Positions 1 to 13,965 of a DNA stretch of 64,000 nt are shown here, piece after piece. The notes beneath the pieces were generated by a model. It was not told the DNA's origin and did no database searches. It saw nothing but the letters and a program-made list of their open reading frames with translations. A program made the translations under genes and the position numbers. Positions within the stretch are counted from its first letter, which is position 1. Each line of letters starts with the position of its first letter. Source of the DNA: the human T2T-CHM13v2.0 reference genome, Homo sapiens. The stretch lies in assembly GCF_009914755.1 (NCBI RefSeq), contig NC_060929.1. The stretch is one strand, 5' to 3'.

Positions 1-1573
1 GTGGCCAGGCCATAAAAAGTGTGCACAGCCTGCCTGACATCGCCCTTTGCTCCCATGATAACAGTGCACAAGGTGGATCCTGGCCTGGCACAGGCCCCTG
101 AAGTGCAGCAGGCACTTCTCTCTCTCCTCCTACCAGTGGCCTGGGAGACAGCGGGCATTCATTAGTAATGGTGGACACCTGAGGCTTGGGAAAGAACCAG
201 GGTTCCAAGAGTAGAGGGGGAGGGGCTGGTGAAAAGGCGGCTGGCCCGGACTGAATAGAGTTTTCTGATCTTCAAAAAAATATGCTCTGTGACCCTAGGG
301 TAACTGCTTCCCCTCTTTGGGCCCGCATTGCCCCATCTGTAAACTTGGGGAAGTTGTCTACCAGAAAGAAATAACTCTGGTCAAGTAAGTTTGGGAAATC
401 CTGCTGAAGCCACTTCTCTGATAGAGTCACAGTGGGCCATTAGCACATCAAAGTCTCTGACAAGCCCCACAGCAAAGAAACCCCTTGAATTTTCTTTCAT
501 CTGGCCTTCCCCGTGCTTTGCTACCTAGGAGGCCCCTACTCACACCTCCCAGCATCCCACTGAACTCCACACACTGCAGTGCTGGGATGTTCAGGCTGGA
601 GGGCCTCACCTTCTCTGTGTCTCAGTATTTAGCAGCAGGTTTTGTCGTCAAATGGCCTGGATTTCAGCGTGACTACTTCCAAACTGCAAGACTTCAGGCA
701 AGTTACTTAGCTTCTTGGAGCCTCGGCCTCCGCATGTGTCAAATGGAAATAAAATAGTCTAACTGAGCTTAGAATTGTGTTTCGCTCAGGGCCCAGCACA
801 TAAGAAGTGCCTGTTTTTGAGCCACCTGCTCACGGGGCTGCTGCTGCATCCCAGTGTGAGAGGCTGGCAGGCGTGGCTGATGTTCTACCCACCTGAAGGA
901 GGACAAGCCTGTCTCCGCATTAGGAAGACCTCTGCCCGGCAGGAGGTCAGTGGCCACTCCTCTGATAGAGTCACAGCGGCGCATTACCACATCAAAGGGT
1001 GAGCTGCAGCAGTTGCCCACATGGGAGGTCAGGAGGTTGGATGCGACCCACAGGTTGGGTTGGTGCTCACCTACCAATGGGTGTTTAGCCCCATGAAAAA
1101 GGAAACTCATCTAAGACAACTTCCAAGCAGTGCAACTTCCTGCCTTGTGCCTGGTGAGTTCCCTGTCACCCAGAGTTCCACCAGAGATTGGGGTGTTGTA
1201 ATGGCTTAGGAAAGAGACCCTTCAAGTCTAGTCAAATCTTACAGCCACCCCAGGGGTAAGAGGTGTTCAGCTCTCGTATCAGGAATGGCCCATGCTGCTT
1301 TGCGTACAGTGACTTTGTGCTGGCCCTCCAAGGCCCACAGACTGCTTACGTCTTCTAGCAAATCAGAATTGTGCATGTCAACACTGTTTACATACAATTT
1401 CAGGGAGTCCATAGACTCCTAACCCTGGGCTGAGAACCTGTCTTATGGAAAAGCCAATCCCATCATTGATTGCCGAGAGATTGGTGTGGACCGAGCAGAA
1501 CAGTTGCAGCACTACTCTAGGGAGGGACTTGGTGGGGAATGGAGTATTCTGAGGAGGGCTCCAGCAGTCAAGG

Positions 1574-1611
1574 GTGTGTGTGTGTGTGTGTGTGTGTGTC
1601 TGTGTGTGTGT
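1574..1611. repeat. (TG)n microsatellite
   Basis: Direct reading. Confidence 0.95.
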
Positions 1612-2279
1612 AATGGGCTGTGATAGGGGTACAAGGGTTAGAACAGGAGGACTGTGGAGCTCTGAGGAAATCAGCCCGGCTCTGAGTGTTTGAGATGATC
1701 TGCCAGAGGGATGCAGAGCTGGGGAGCACAGCCAGCCTCCGCCAGGGCAGCTTTGGAGGGCAATCCCGTTCCAACCAGGCAGCTCTGGGATCACTTCCTC
1801 TGAACCACTCCAGATGGACTAGCAGCCTGGAACCTTGTTTTTTACAGTCGTCACTCCCTAGTGTGACAAAACACATGCTCTACAGTGATAAAATCTGAAT
1901 ATTTAAGCAAATTAAAAATGTTTATTTATATACATTTAAAAATATCTCCCTATATAATAAAAGGAAGTACATTTCATCTGACACTTTCCTTAAATCACAC
2001 ACACACATCTCCATTGCACTTCTGGTTTGATATGAGACCACAACAGGGAGAGAAGGGGGAAAGGGAGAGTGAATATTTACCATTTGGATTCCTAAGCAGT
2101 CATTTTGCCATGAATCAATCAAACCCCCTCTGGAATGGGGGAGAGGAGATGGTGGTGACAGCAATTGTCAAATGTGCTTGGTTGCCAGACTCCTGGCCAG
2201 TTGTATGATCATAAAATTGGAGCTTCAGTGGGTAGATTGATTTATGTGGATAATGTCTTTTAGAAAATCTTGGAGTTTT

Positions 2280-2582
2280 GGCTGGGCACAGTGGCTCATG
2301 CCTGTAATCCCAGCACTTTGGGAGGCAGAGGCAGAAAGATCCCTTGATCTCAAGAGTTCAAGATCAGCCTGGGTAATATAGCAAGACCCTGTCTCTACAA
2401 AAAAATACAAAAATTAGCCAGTCATGGTGGCACACACCTGTAGTCCCAGTTGCTTGGGAGGCTGAGGTGGGAGGGTAGCTTGAGTTCAGGAAGCGAAGGT
2501 TGTGGTGAGCCGAGATGGAGCCACTGCACATCAACCTGGGTAATAGAGCAAGATCTCTCTCAAAAAAATAAAGAAAAGAAAA
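2280..2582 (+). mobile_element. Alu (old, AluJ-like)
   Basis: GGCTGGGCACAGTGGCTCATGCCTGTAATCCCAGCACTTTGGGAGG, dimeric, A tail. Confidence 0.9.
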
Positions 2583-4549
2583 TCTTTGAGTTTTGTTTGT
2601 TTTATGAAAGGGCAGACTTTCCCCACCAGGGCTGTGGGGATGGAGGTGATGGTGGCAGAGAGGTATGAGCTAGAGGGCAGAGCCTGGGTGAGGTCAGACT
2701 CCTAGGTTATAGACATGATCCTGTCTTTACTGAATCACTGAGTGATTTTGCAAATCCTGCCCCTCTGGGTCTCAGTTTCCCTATCTGAAAGGCATGGGCC
2801 TAGATCCATTTGCACCTCACAGTCCCAGTGACTGCCACAGTGGCTCAGTGGTCACCCCCTGATGTGTCTGCTCAAGGGAAGCTAAAGCCCTGGTCCACTC
2901 CCTTCTTCTCCCCCAGGGCTGGGTCCGTGAAGTGGGAGGAGCAGGTGCTGCTAGGAAGGGTCATAAAGAGGCCAGTCTTCTTGGCTCCTGAGCCAACTGC
3001 CTCATCCCTGCTCACTGTCCCTGTGGCCCTCTGTGCCTTCCAAAGGGTCTCATGAAACCCAAGTGCCAATGGGAGGGAGTGGTTGAGCAAGGTTGAGCCT
3101 CTTTTGTACAAGATGCATTGACAAGCCTTGGGTGAGAGATGGGGAAGTTTCCTGCCTGGGCCTCCTTGGATTCAGGAGCCCTTGGCTTCTGCCTTTCCCA
3201 GCCATGACCCACAGCTTTCCTGGCTTCATCCCCAACGCCCAGTGCATGACTTCACTCCTCTGGGACAGTTTCCACAGGTGTAAAATGAGATGCACAAACA
3301 TGTCTTCCCAGACAGTTGGAAAGAATTAAAAATTAGATGTTGGATGCAAAAATCCTTCATAATGCACACAGTAGGGCTCCATAAATGCTCCTTCTCTTCA
3401 CACTCACAGCCACTCTTGGCCCCATATGGGTCAGCAGGCAGGGGGCAGAGGAGACACCTTCCTCCTGGGTCTGGAGAGCCCCTGGTTTGCCCTTTGTGGC
3501 CAGGCTCAAAGGGGAGAGAAGTTTGACAGGACCTGGGCAAGGGAAGGGGTGGACTGGAGCCTGGCCAGGCCTTTACCCAAGTCCATGCTTTGACTTAAAC
3601 CCCTCCAACCTTTTTTCAAGCTCCAGAGGTGGGAGAGAGCAGAACCTTATTCTCATCTCTCCCCAAAGGCCTCCCACCATGTCAACTGATAGTGAGCCAA
3701 ACAGATGTATGGTTAATGTCTAAACTGGGACACTTGCGAGGGTGAAAAGGACACAATTTGTAATGTATATACTGATCCGCTAGTGTCTATCAGTCAGTCC
3801 CAGCAAACCAACGTGTGCCATTGCTCCAGCTCATCATTTCCCATCCTAGCCACAGGCTCACTGGACCCTCAGAACATTCTGAGGCAACAATGCATGGGCG
3901 GCTCGTGGCCCATTTTACAGATATGAAATTAGAACTTTCCAGAAGCCATACTGCTGCTGGACAGGAAACCAGTTACTAATCATCTAAGTCACAGATCACA
4001 GTGACACTGTGGCACTTGCCTGTCCCTTCTGCTCACCCAAACCTCCCCATTTTGCTTTCATCTTAAGGAAAGGAGGAGAGTTGAAGACTCTACCAGCCTA
4101 AAGGTCCATGAAGCCTGACTCTGTCCCTGGTGTCACTCATTAGCCCCGTGACTTTGAGTAAGTAACTTAACTTCCCTGTCCCTCAGCTTCCTCATCTGTA
4201 GAATAGGAGTAACGACACCTGTCTCTCCAGGTTGAGAAAATAGGACACCTAGTTCAGGACCTGGCACATTTTAGGTGCTCAATAAATACTGATAGATTGA
4301 ATAATTGGACTAATGGTGGCGTGGGCAACCCACAGTCAGTGAATAAATGTTAACTGAGCACCTACTAAGTGTCAGGCTCTTTGTGCTAGATGTTTTCTAT
4401 GCTCCATCTTCCTGAATTGCTCACACTCCTGTAAGAGAGGAGAGATTCTTATCCCCTAAGGTCGCACAGCAAAGACGACGCAGGGGGGTGGGCTGTTAGT
4501 GTTCCTTGCCCAACTGTGGAAAGGGAGTCCCAGAGAGGGCAGGTCGCTT

Positions 4550-5270
4550 GCCCAAGGTCACGCAGAAAGCCGAGGGTTTCCGTCGCGAACCCCCCTCCCC
4601 ACTCGCTCAGGGCTCTCCAATCCGCAGCTCTGCGTGCGGGGGCGCGCGCATCCCCCCGCCGTCCGTCCGTCAGCTGTCTGTCTGGGTGTCTATGCGGGCG
4701 CAGCAGTGCACCCTTCCCCAGCCTCGGGCGCTGCGCAGGGACAGACAAGGCGTTCGCAGCGCCCTGCCCGCGCTCCACGCCCGCAGCCGCCAGACGGCAG
4801 CGCCTGCGTCCGTGCCCGCCCCAGCCGGTGCGCGGGAGCCGCGGGGGCAAAGGCGCAGTGGCCAGCGGACCATCTCTCGTGCCCTCGCTCTCTGCGCTCC
4901 GGGGCAGCTGAGCCCCGGCCACCCGCTCTCCAAGATGAAGAAGCTCCAGGGAGCTCACCTCCGCAAGGTAGGGCACGAGGGCGGGGGCGCTGGGGGTGCA
5001 CCTGGAGGAGGGTTGGAGAGACCCGCCCCCAACGAGGCCCCTGGGGAAGGTCTGAGGATGCACCCAGACCAGCTTCGGGCTCTGGGGAAGGCCCGACTCA
5101 GCTGGATAACAGGGAGGGTCAGGGTCACGGTCTGCGCCCCCACCTCTGCCCCTGCCATCTGGGGTTCGGGATGTAGTATGAGGGGAGTCCTGGTTCACTG
5201 GGCCAGGCCTATGAACAGGTGTCTGCAGTCCCCGGAGGCGCGGGGTAGGGGCGGCCGGGGCCAGGCACCC
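4550..5270. promoter_or_regulatory. SLC6A7: CpG island / promoter and first exon region of SLC6A7
   Basis: Abrupt rise in CpG and GC content (gcgcgcgc, ccgccgtccgtccg), CCAAT at 4617-4621, directly upstream of and spanning the first coding exon; boundaries approximate. Confidence 0.8.
4935..4967 (+). CDS. SLC6A7: SLC6A7 exon 1 coding part (MKKLQGAHLRK)
   Basis: caagATGaag start with A at -3; donor AAG|gtaggg. Confidence 0.92.
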
Positions 5271-5852
5271 ACCTCTTCCCCAATTCCACCCTGCTGCTCC
5301 CCGCCAGGAGCTGATTGCCGGGTGTGGGGGGTATTGGAATACCTGAGCGTTGAGCTGGACTCATCTGAGGGGTGGGGAGTGGGAGGCGGTCATCCATACT
5401 GAAGCCGGCTCCCTGAGCCTGCGGGAAGACTCTCCTCTTTCCTGCCTGCTCCCTCCCCGCCCCCTTAGCTTGCCTGCTGAGACCCCAGGCTGCCCCTCAG
5501 CAGGGCTGAAGGGAGGCAAAGACAGGGAGGGGGCTATCGGAGGCAGGAGGATATGATCAATGAAGATGGAAGCTGGTATGGGAGAGTGGCCGTGGGCCCA
5601 GACCTCAGGCTCTCCCTACCTTGCCTTGTGGGATTGGACCTCTCAGCCAAGCTGTCAGGATATGGGGAGGGGGAATACTGGGGGACGTTTTCTGGCTTGT
5701 ACCAGTCCTAACTAAGGAGTCAGATCTCCTGAATACTATTTCTGCCGCTGCCACTTGCCTGGTGACTTTGGACAAGTTCATTCTCTAACCTGAACCTCCT
5801 CTGGCTAAGCCCTAGCCTGGAGGCACCAAAACAGGCCCCACTGGGTGTGTGA

Positions 5853-6337
<485 letters not shown>

Positions 6338-8755
6338 GGTATGTCTTTTTTATTCACTGACATGAGTGACTTCTTGAGACCATTTGTGAGTCTCTTGGGT
6401 CCTGTTTCCATTCTTTTCCACTCTCCTTCTCTTCCCTCTCTGCCCTCCCTCCCCACAAGAGGCCCTGTCCCTCTTGCTGGGTGCTGGGCTGGGGGGTTAG
6501 CAAGCTTTATCTCATTTAATCCTTTAACACTTCCAGGGGCTAGGTCTTAGTAGCCCCACTTTATAAATAAGGCAACTGAGGCACAGAGGGGTGAGACTCA
6601 CTGCTTACCTGCTGGCAGGCTAGGCAACCTAGAGCCAACAGGGCAGAGGGTTGGTTCTAGGTTGCTACCTCCTCTCAGGGTCCTTTCCCTTTTCTCAAGC
6701 AGAATTGGGCGGGAATGAGAAAATGCCAGATTTCCGCAAAGGAGCAGCATTGCTCAGAGATGAACACTGGACTTAGAGTCAGGGGATCTAGGTCCAAGTC
6801 TTGCTGTGCCTTTAACTTGCTGTTTGACCTTGGGCTCATCCCTTCTTCCTGAAACTTGGTTTCCTAATCTGCACAATGATGAAGCTGGACCCCAGATTCC
6901 TATTGTCTCTCTCTGTCCTGAAGAGTCTTGGCTTGGGCAGTCTTGAGTCTCCCAGCCCCTGCTGTGAGTCCCTAAAGGCGAGCATGCAGGTCTGACAAAC
7001 TCAGCTGTGTGTTCCTGCATGCCCCTGGGGTAGGGAGTGGGAGATTCAGGAGTGGGAGCCTTACACCCAGGAAGAAGTATGAAGCAACTCATTCAGCTTC
7101 CAGCCCTGCCCCAGCTATTTGATTGCTTTCTTCCATCTCCCAACCAGCCCCATCCTCACTGTGCCAGCCTCCTGGGATTCACCCCATGGTGGGGTTGGGA
7201 ACTCCAGTTGGGCTCCTGATTGGCTCAGCTTTGGAGGACCCTATCTCCTGCCCCTGGAGCAGAAGCAGGCTTCCCTCTGATTGGGGGAGGAGGGGGACGA
7301 GCTGGCAGCATCCTGCTCTTGGAACTCTAGTCACCATGGAAACAGAGAACCGGGACCGCTCCATGAGCATGGAAAGGGCAGCTTCTCTGGAGGGATCAGA
7401 GGATCCTCATTACTGGGACCTCCTGCTAACTGGCCTGAATGGTGCTGGGATGGGCGGGGGGTGTCTCAGGGTAACAGGCCTGCTCACCACCCAACACCAG
7501 GAACAGTGGCAACCATTCCTCCCGGAGCTCACCTGGGGTGAGAGGTTGCTGAAGGCTGATGCTCACCCAGCTGGAGAGGCAGCCTCAGGGAACGGGGCAT
7601 TGGAGGGGAAGGGTGGGTTTCACTTAAGTCTGGGATCTGCTGCTCCTGTCACCTCAGCATGTCCATGATCACAGCTAAAGAACTTCCAGGCATGTATTTG
7701 TTTCACCCCTTGCAGCCTAGTTACTTTAAAAACAGCTCTTCATGCTCTGTCATTGTCATCGTCACCCATAATAATGTCTGGCTGTTCCTGTCACCACGGC
7801 CCCTGTGGCCAATAGCCAGTTTCTGGCAAAATCACCACTGTGGTCACCATCACTGAGGGTCTCCTAAGGGAGAATGCCCCATGGACCTCTCACCCACTTT
7901 GAAGCATGAAAGGAGACCTTAGGAACAGCTGGCCTCCGCTCCCCTCTGGGCATGCATCTCCTCTCCAGGGACAGCAAGATTATGACTTTCTGAGACAGAT
8001 CACGGCTTAAGTACCTTCTTCCTGCTCATGAGCCAAAATTCACAAAATTCACCCAGCCCTCAGGCTCTCCCTACCTTGCCTGGTGGGGTTTGACCCCCCC
8101 AGCCAAGCTGTCAGCATGCGGGGAGGGGGAGTATTGGGGAAGTTTTCTGGCTTGTGACTGAAAAGTACCAGTCCTAACCAAGGAGTCAGATCTCCTTGGT
8201 TCTTAGTAGGCCCCATTTGAGCCACGGAGCATCAGTGGATTCCCTCCCTCAGGGGAACCCCCAGGTCCCTCCAAGTCCTCTCCTTTCTATGCTGAGGGCT
8301 CCCAGCTTCTTTCTGTTGTCCTCCTATCACCTCTTTTCCTGAACACCCTCCAGCCTGGCCACCTGCCCTTTGGACATGCTCCATATTGTCTGCATCTTTC
8401 TTAAAATATGGTGCCCGGAACGGAGGAACAAAACTCCAGCACTGGTGGGTGAAGGAGACCTGGCTTTCGCATCAGGAAGCCTTGGGCTCCAGACCTAGTT
8501 CTTCCACTCACCAACCTGGTAGAAACCTCGGGTATGTCATGACACCTCTTTGAGCCTCAGTTTTCCTCATGACGAAAATGGAGCTTAGATGAATACTGAG
8601 CTCAAAAAGTTGTTCTGAGAATGAAATCAGGTAATGTGAGTGAGATGTCTAGTGCAGTGGGCACATAGTAAGTGCTCAATATACAGTAACTTACTAAGAT
8701 CATCATCATGCTCTTCATCTTCGTCATCCTCATCCTCATCAAAATAGGACCATCC

Positions 8756-9060
<305 letters not shown>

Positions 9061-9335
9061 CTATCCCTTGATTTGGCATCTGTGTTAGCCAGACTAAGGT
9101 CAGGGTAGCTTTGTTAGTGCCTAAGCTACCCTGCTGGCCCAGTAAGTTTTGGTCGCCTAAAATCCTGAGGCTCTCCTGCATATGACAAGGTTAGTCCAGT
9201 TGAGAGCACTTGATTATCTGGACTGAGAATGTCTTTTCATTTAGCCCTGTTCAATTCCAGAGTCTTGTCTTGAGGTCACATTTCTGGCCTGGCCTCAGTC
9301 TTCTCCCCAACCTCTTTGGTCTCTCTCATTGGCAG

Positions 9336-9519
9336 CCTGTCACCCCAGACCTGCTGATGACCCCCAGTGACCAGGGCGATGTCGACCTGGATGTGGACTT
9401 TGCTGCACACCGGGGGAACTGGACAGGCAAGCTGGACTTCCTGCTGTCCTGCATTGGCTACTGTGTAGGCCTGGGGAATGTCTGGCGCTTCCCCTATCGA
9501 GCGTACACCAATGGAGGAG
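9336..9519 (+). CDS. SLC6A7: SLC6A7 exon 2 (PVTPDLLM...TM1...YTNGG)
   Basis: ggcag| acceptor, |gtatgg donor, NSS TM1 motif [10 protein letters not shown]. Confidence 0.96.
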
Positions 9520-11323
9520 GTATGGGCCTGAGGTCCTGTCGGAGGGTGTCTGGGGTGATGGGCCAAGGCCCTGGGGTACAGTGAGCTTTTAGGTGGCCTC
9601 AGCCACTGTCTCCTAGGCGACCTTGGGCAGAACTCATTGAAAGTGGTTTATAGTAACTTGGGGCTGGGAGGAAGGAGTTTACCCTGTCTTGTCCTTCTCA
9701 TCACCCAAGCCCTTCCTTCCTCCCTCTCATCCCCAGGAAGGATACCCACATGGTTCCCTCTCTAAGGCTGGCCACCCCACGCCCTGCACGGTGGGCAGAG
9801 GGAGCTGCCTCTGCTTCGTGATAAGGAGCTGTATCTGCCTGCCGATGATCACTGCACTTTCAGTGTTCTCCCCACCCCCTCCTTCCTCCACCTCCTCCTG
9901 AGCTGTGCTCCATCAATCATTCCCTCTCTTGAGTCTCCAATCTTTCCTCCTCTCTTGGTTCCTTCCATTCAGGCTGCAAACACAAAGTCTCTCCCATCTT
10001 AAACAAATTTCCTTTCATCCCTGCTTCTCCATCAAGTGACGGTTCCAAGTCTCATTAGCAAAAGCTGGGGCTGAGCGCCTACCACCTGTCAGGCCCTGGG
10101 CTTGGTGCTTGCTGTGCCCATCTCATTTAACCCTGGTGATGACCCTATTGGGTAGGCACCATGGATATGATGAGGTAGCTGAAACTTGAAGACACCAGCG
10201 TCCTTGCCCAAGGTCACAGGGTGGCAGACCCAACATTCCAACCCAGGACTATCTCCTCCCTAGCCAGTGTGCTCTCACCAGTACTCGTATCTCCTTCTGT
10301 CTCTAGCAAACTCTGAAGGAAGCATATATTGAGAAAGTGAGAGAAATCCAAATAAAGCTAGATGAAGCAAAGAAAGGATAAATTTACATGACTAGGATGT
10401 GTGGGACTGGAGCTGGCCTCTGAAGCTCTAGGACCTTGATGACACCCATGGTGTCTCTCGGCAAGCACTCTCCCCATGTCCCTACTCTTCCTCTCTGTGT
10501 GCTGACCTCATTTTGTCCTGAGACAGGCTTCCTCCCCGCAGTTGGTGGGGGACAGGCCTTGGGGGGAGGTGGCCACAGACAACTCTGCAATGACTTCATC
10601 CTCCAATGGGTTTAGCAACCCAAGAGCTTTGCAGAACTGCTCTGTCTGAATGAATCTATACAGAATTGCAGGGAAGGCCTCTGATAGGCCTGGCTTTGGA
10701 TAGGTGCCCACGGGGGAAGGAGGAGAGGGCGGTGAACCCCCTCCTTTCAGCCCCAGGTTATGATAAAACACTTCCAACTAATTCTGCCCAAGGTCGCCTA
10801 GGAGGGGGTTGGTTGATGTGACTGGCAGCCCTTCCAGAGTCATATGGTGGTGGGCAGTTCTCTAAAGAAGTGACTGCCAATGTGAGAACCAAAGGGGAAG
10901 GGCTATTGGGCCCACGGAACCACAGGTGGCAGTCACAAGTGTCTGAGGCGGCATGGTGGGGAGGGGCAGGCAGATAGAGGGGAGCCGGATTCTGAAGGGT
11001 GCTGGTTTCTGTACTGAGGAGTCTGCACTTTCTTCAGCAGGAAATTCACACATTCTCTCCCTCATTCATTCATTCACTCCCTCAGCAGGCGTTTCTCAGC
11101 GTCTGCGCTGAGCCCAGCACTGTTCTGGGCACTGGGGCTCCAGAGGTGAGTAAATCCCTGCTGGCCACTCTGGCCCTCAGCAGTCTGGTATAGAAGAAAA
11201 GAAACCTACAGTGTTCCATCAGGTCTGAGGGGGCATCTGCAGGCCAGGGGAGGGGCGGGGCTAGAGCTGGGCTTTTGAGGGAGCTGCCCCCAAGGCCCTT
11301 GCTGACCACCCCGCTCCTGGCAG

Positions 11324-11455
11324 GCGCCTTCCTCGTGCCCTACTTCCTCATGCTGGCCATCTGTGGCATCCCCCTCTTCTTCCTGGAGCTCTCCCTGGGC
11401 CAGTTCTCCAGCCTAGGGCCCCTGGCTGTCTGGAAAATCAGCCCTCTCTTCAAAG
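11324..11455 (+). CDS. SLC6A7: SLC6A7 exon 3 ([28 protein letters not shown]...PLFK)
   Basis: cag| and |gtgag; TM2 motif. Confidence 0.96.
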
Positions 11456-11649
11456 GTGAGGCCTCAGTGGTCCCCAGGGAGGGAAGGGCTCAGGGTCTGG
11501 GGGAGGCAGGGAGGTTGCCCCCAGAACCCCTGCCAGCTCCAGGCAGAGGTGGAAGTGAAGCCCAGATAGCTGCCAGCTCCCCAGAAGCCACTCCACCCGG
11601 CTGGCAGAGAGCTTGGCCTGGGCAGCCCAGCAGCCTCTCCCCACACCAG

Positions 11650-11884
11650 GCGCCGGCGCAGCCATGCTGCTCATCGTGGGCTTGGTGGCCATCTACTACA
11701 ACATGATCATCGCCTACGTGCTCTTCTACCTCTTCGCCTCCCTCACCAGCGACCTACCCTGGGAGCACTGTGGCAACTGGTGGAACACAGAACTCTGCCT
11801 GGAGCACAGAGTCTCCAAGGACGGCAACGGGGCCCTGCCCCTCAACCTCACCTGCACCGTCAGCCCCAGCGAGGAGTACTGGAG
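11650..11884 (+). CDS. SLC6A7: SLC6A7 exon 4 (TM3 and EL2, YYNMIIAY...[11 protein letters not shown]...SPSEEYW)
   Basis: accag| and |gtcagg; conserved EL2 cysteines. Confidence 0.96.
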
Positions 11885-12649
11885 GTCAGGCAGCTGCTGG
11901 CCCCGCGGCATCTGAGGGGACCCTGCACTGCTGAGGGTGGCCAGAGGGCATCCCCCACAGTCTCAGCATGTACCGCCAAGATGAGCTCAGGTGGTGATGG
12001 CAGGTGGACTCTGGCTTCTAATCCCAGCTCTTCACCTGACCAGCTGTGTGGCCTCAAACAATTTATTTGGCTTCTGTTGCTTTATCTGTAGCATGAGGGC
12101 AATAATACTAGGTATCTCAGAAAGGTTGTTGTGAAGATTAAAGGAGAGAAAGCATATATTAATAAATTGTGCAGTCCAGTCTGGTGGATAGTAAGTGCTC
12201 AATAAATACTAGCTGAGAATGATGATGATGATGATGATAACAGTAATAGTAACATTATGGAGTCTCAGTTTCCTCCTCTGTAACAGGGGTTGGTAACAGT
12301 ACCTGCTTCATAAGGTGTTATCCAGTTAGTCATTTACCCACTCATTCATTCTTTTAATAAATATTTATTGAGCAACTGCTATATCATAGGTAAAGCACTT
12401 AGCATAAGGCCAGGACGTACATAGTAAGGACCATCTCAGACTCCTCTAATAGAGATAGGACTATAATAGAGTAAGGGACTGTCATCAGAATTAAACAACA
12501 TAATGCAGGTGAAACCATTATCACGGTGCTGGGCACACAGTGGGTCCTGGGAATGGTGGGTGTCGGAAGGACGTTGCACTCATCAGCCTATCCCAATGCC
12601 CCATTTTATGGTCAATAAAACAAAGCCTTGTCACTGCATTCTGCCTTTA

Positions 12650-12660
12650 AAAGAAGAAAG

Positions 12661-12707
<47 letters not shown>

Positions 12708-12736
12708 AGGAAAGAAAAAGAAAGAAAGAAAGAAAG
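12650..12736. repeat. (GAAA)n microsatellite
   Basis: Direct reading. Confidence 0.95.
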
Positions 12737-13159
12737 CAAAGCCCAGAGGCTTGCTCAGTATTGCTCAGTAATTAGTGACAGAGATGGTATTGACACTAAG
12801 GACTCCTGAGTCCTGATCCTGTTCTGGAACATTCTAAAATAGCCTGGTCCCTAGGTGGGACTGTTGGCTGGCCAGAGAACACAGACCCTATAACCCCCAT
12901 CCCTTACCTATAAAGGACTGCTGTTAGGAGATTTCTCCCAGATAGGCTCCATGTCTTGAAATGTTTTGGTCTTTAACCTGCCTGTAGTACATAGTTCATT
13001 CATTTGTCCACTTCAAGTCCATCTGAAGTGTCCGCACCTGCTGAAGAGTTTATCTGACCAGTGGGAAAGAATCAGCCTGAGTTTGCAGCTTAAAGCCAAA
13101 GGATTTGATACAATCACTGGCAGCTGCCAGGGTGGTTCTCCATGGCCATGCCACAGCCC

Positions 13160-13406
13160 ACTGCATCAGTCAGGATGCAGGCAGGAGGCCGATGGATTGT
13201 CAGAGGGTTTCACTGAAGGGAGTTTAGTGAAGGGACTTTTCAGAGGGTCATGGAAGCCACAGCAAAAAGTGAAGCATCAGTGACTAGCAACAGGGACAGC
13301 TATCACCACCCCTGAACCTAGGAGGCAATGGGAGGGAACCAGGAGAGAATCAGAGCCTTGGAAGAGGGGCTACCTAAAGAACACAGTCATGGCCAGGCCC
13401 TGGATG

Positions 13407-13464
<58 letters not shown>

Positions 13465-13560
13465 TGTACACATGTATATGCAAATACCCAGACCCCTCAT
13501 TCCTCCCCTCACTACAGTCTCCCACTGTTGCCTCCCATTAGCCAAACCCACACGGAAGCT
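13160..13560. mobile_element. Degenerate ERVL-type LTR fragment (tentative)
   Basis: tgcatcagtcaggatgcaggcaggagg...gagtttagtgaagggact resembles old ERVL LTR ends; family not certain. Confidence 0.35.
13407..13463. repeat. (TG)n microsatellite, SLC6A7 intron 4
   Basis: Direct reading. Confidence 0.95.
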
Positions 13561-13826
13561 GAAGAGGAAGGAAGAAGAGGAAGGGTGGTCTCGAACTCCT
13601 ATCCTCAAGTGATCTTCCTTCCTCAGCCTCCCAAAGCTGAGGAAGGGGTAAGGTCTGGTGAGGCCAGCCTCCTGGGTCAGAGTTGGTCGGAGAAGGATGG
13701 AGAGGGATCAAGAGGGCGTCAAGTGGAGAACAGCAGTAGAGCCTTGTGGGCTGGACATGGCTTGACTCCATGTCTGTGGAGCCTGGTGGGGTGACCAGGG
13801 GACACTGAGACCTTTGTCTCCCACAG

Positions 13827-13965
13827 CCGCTACGTCCTCCACATCCAAGGCAGCCAGGGCATCGGCAGCCCTGGGGAGATCCGCTGGAACCTCTGCCTCT
13901 GCCTGCTGCTGGCCTGGGTCATCGTGTTCCTCTGTATCCTCAAGGGTGTGAAGTCTTCGGGCAAG
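13827..13965 (+). CDS. SLC6A7: SLC6A7 exon 5 ([13 protein letters not shown]...KGVKSSGK)
   Basis: ccacag| and |gtgaag; KGVKSSGK motif. Confidence 0.95.

Noticed and set aside
4449-5402. Overlapping 225-298 aa ORFs on both strands
   Set aside because: Expected in a CpG island; only the frame containing exon 1 is considered further
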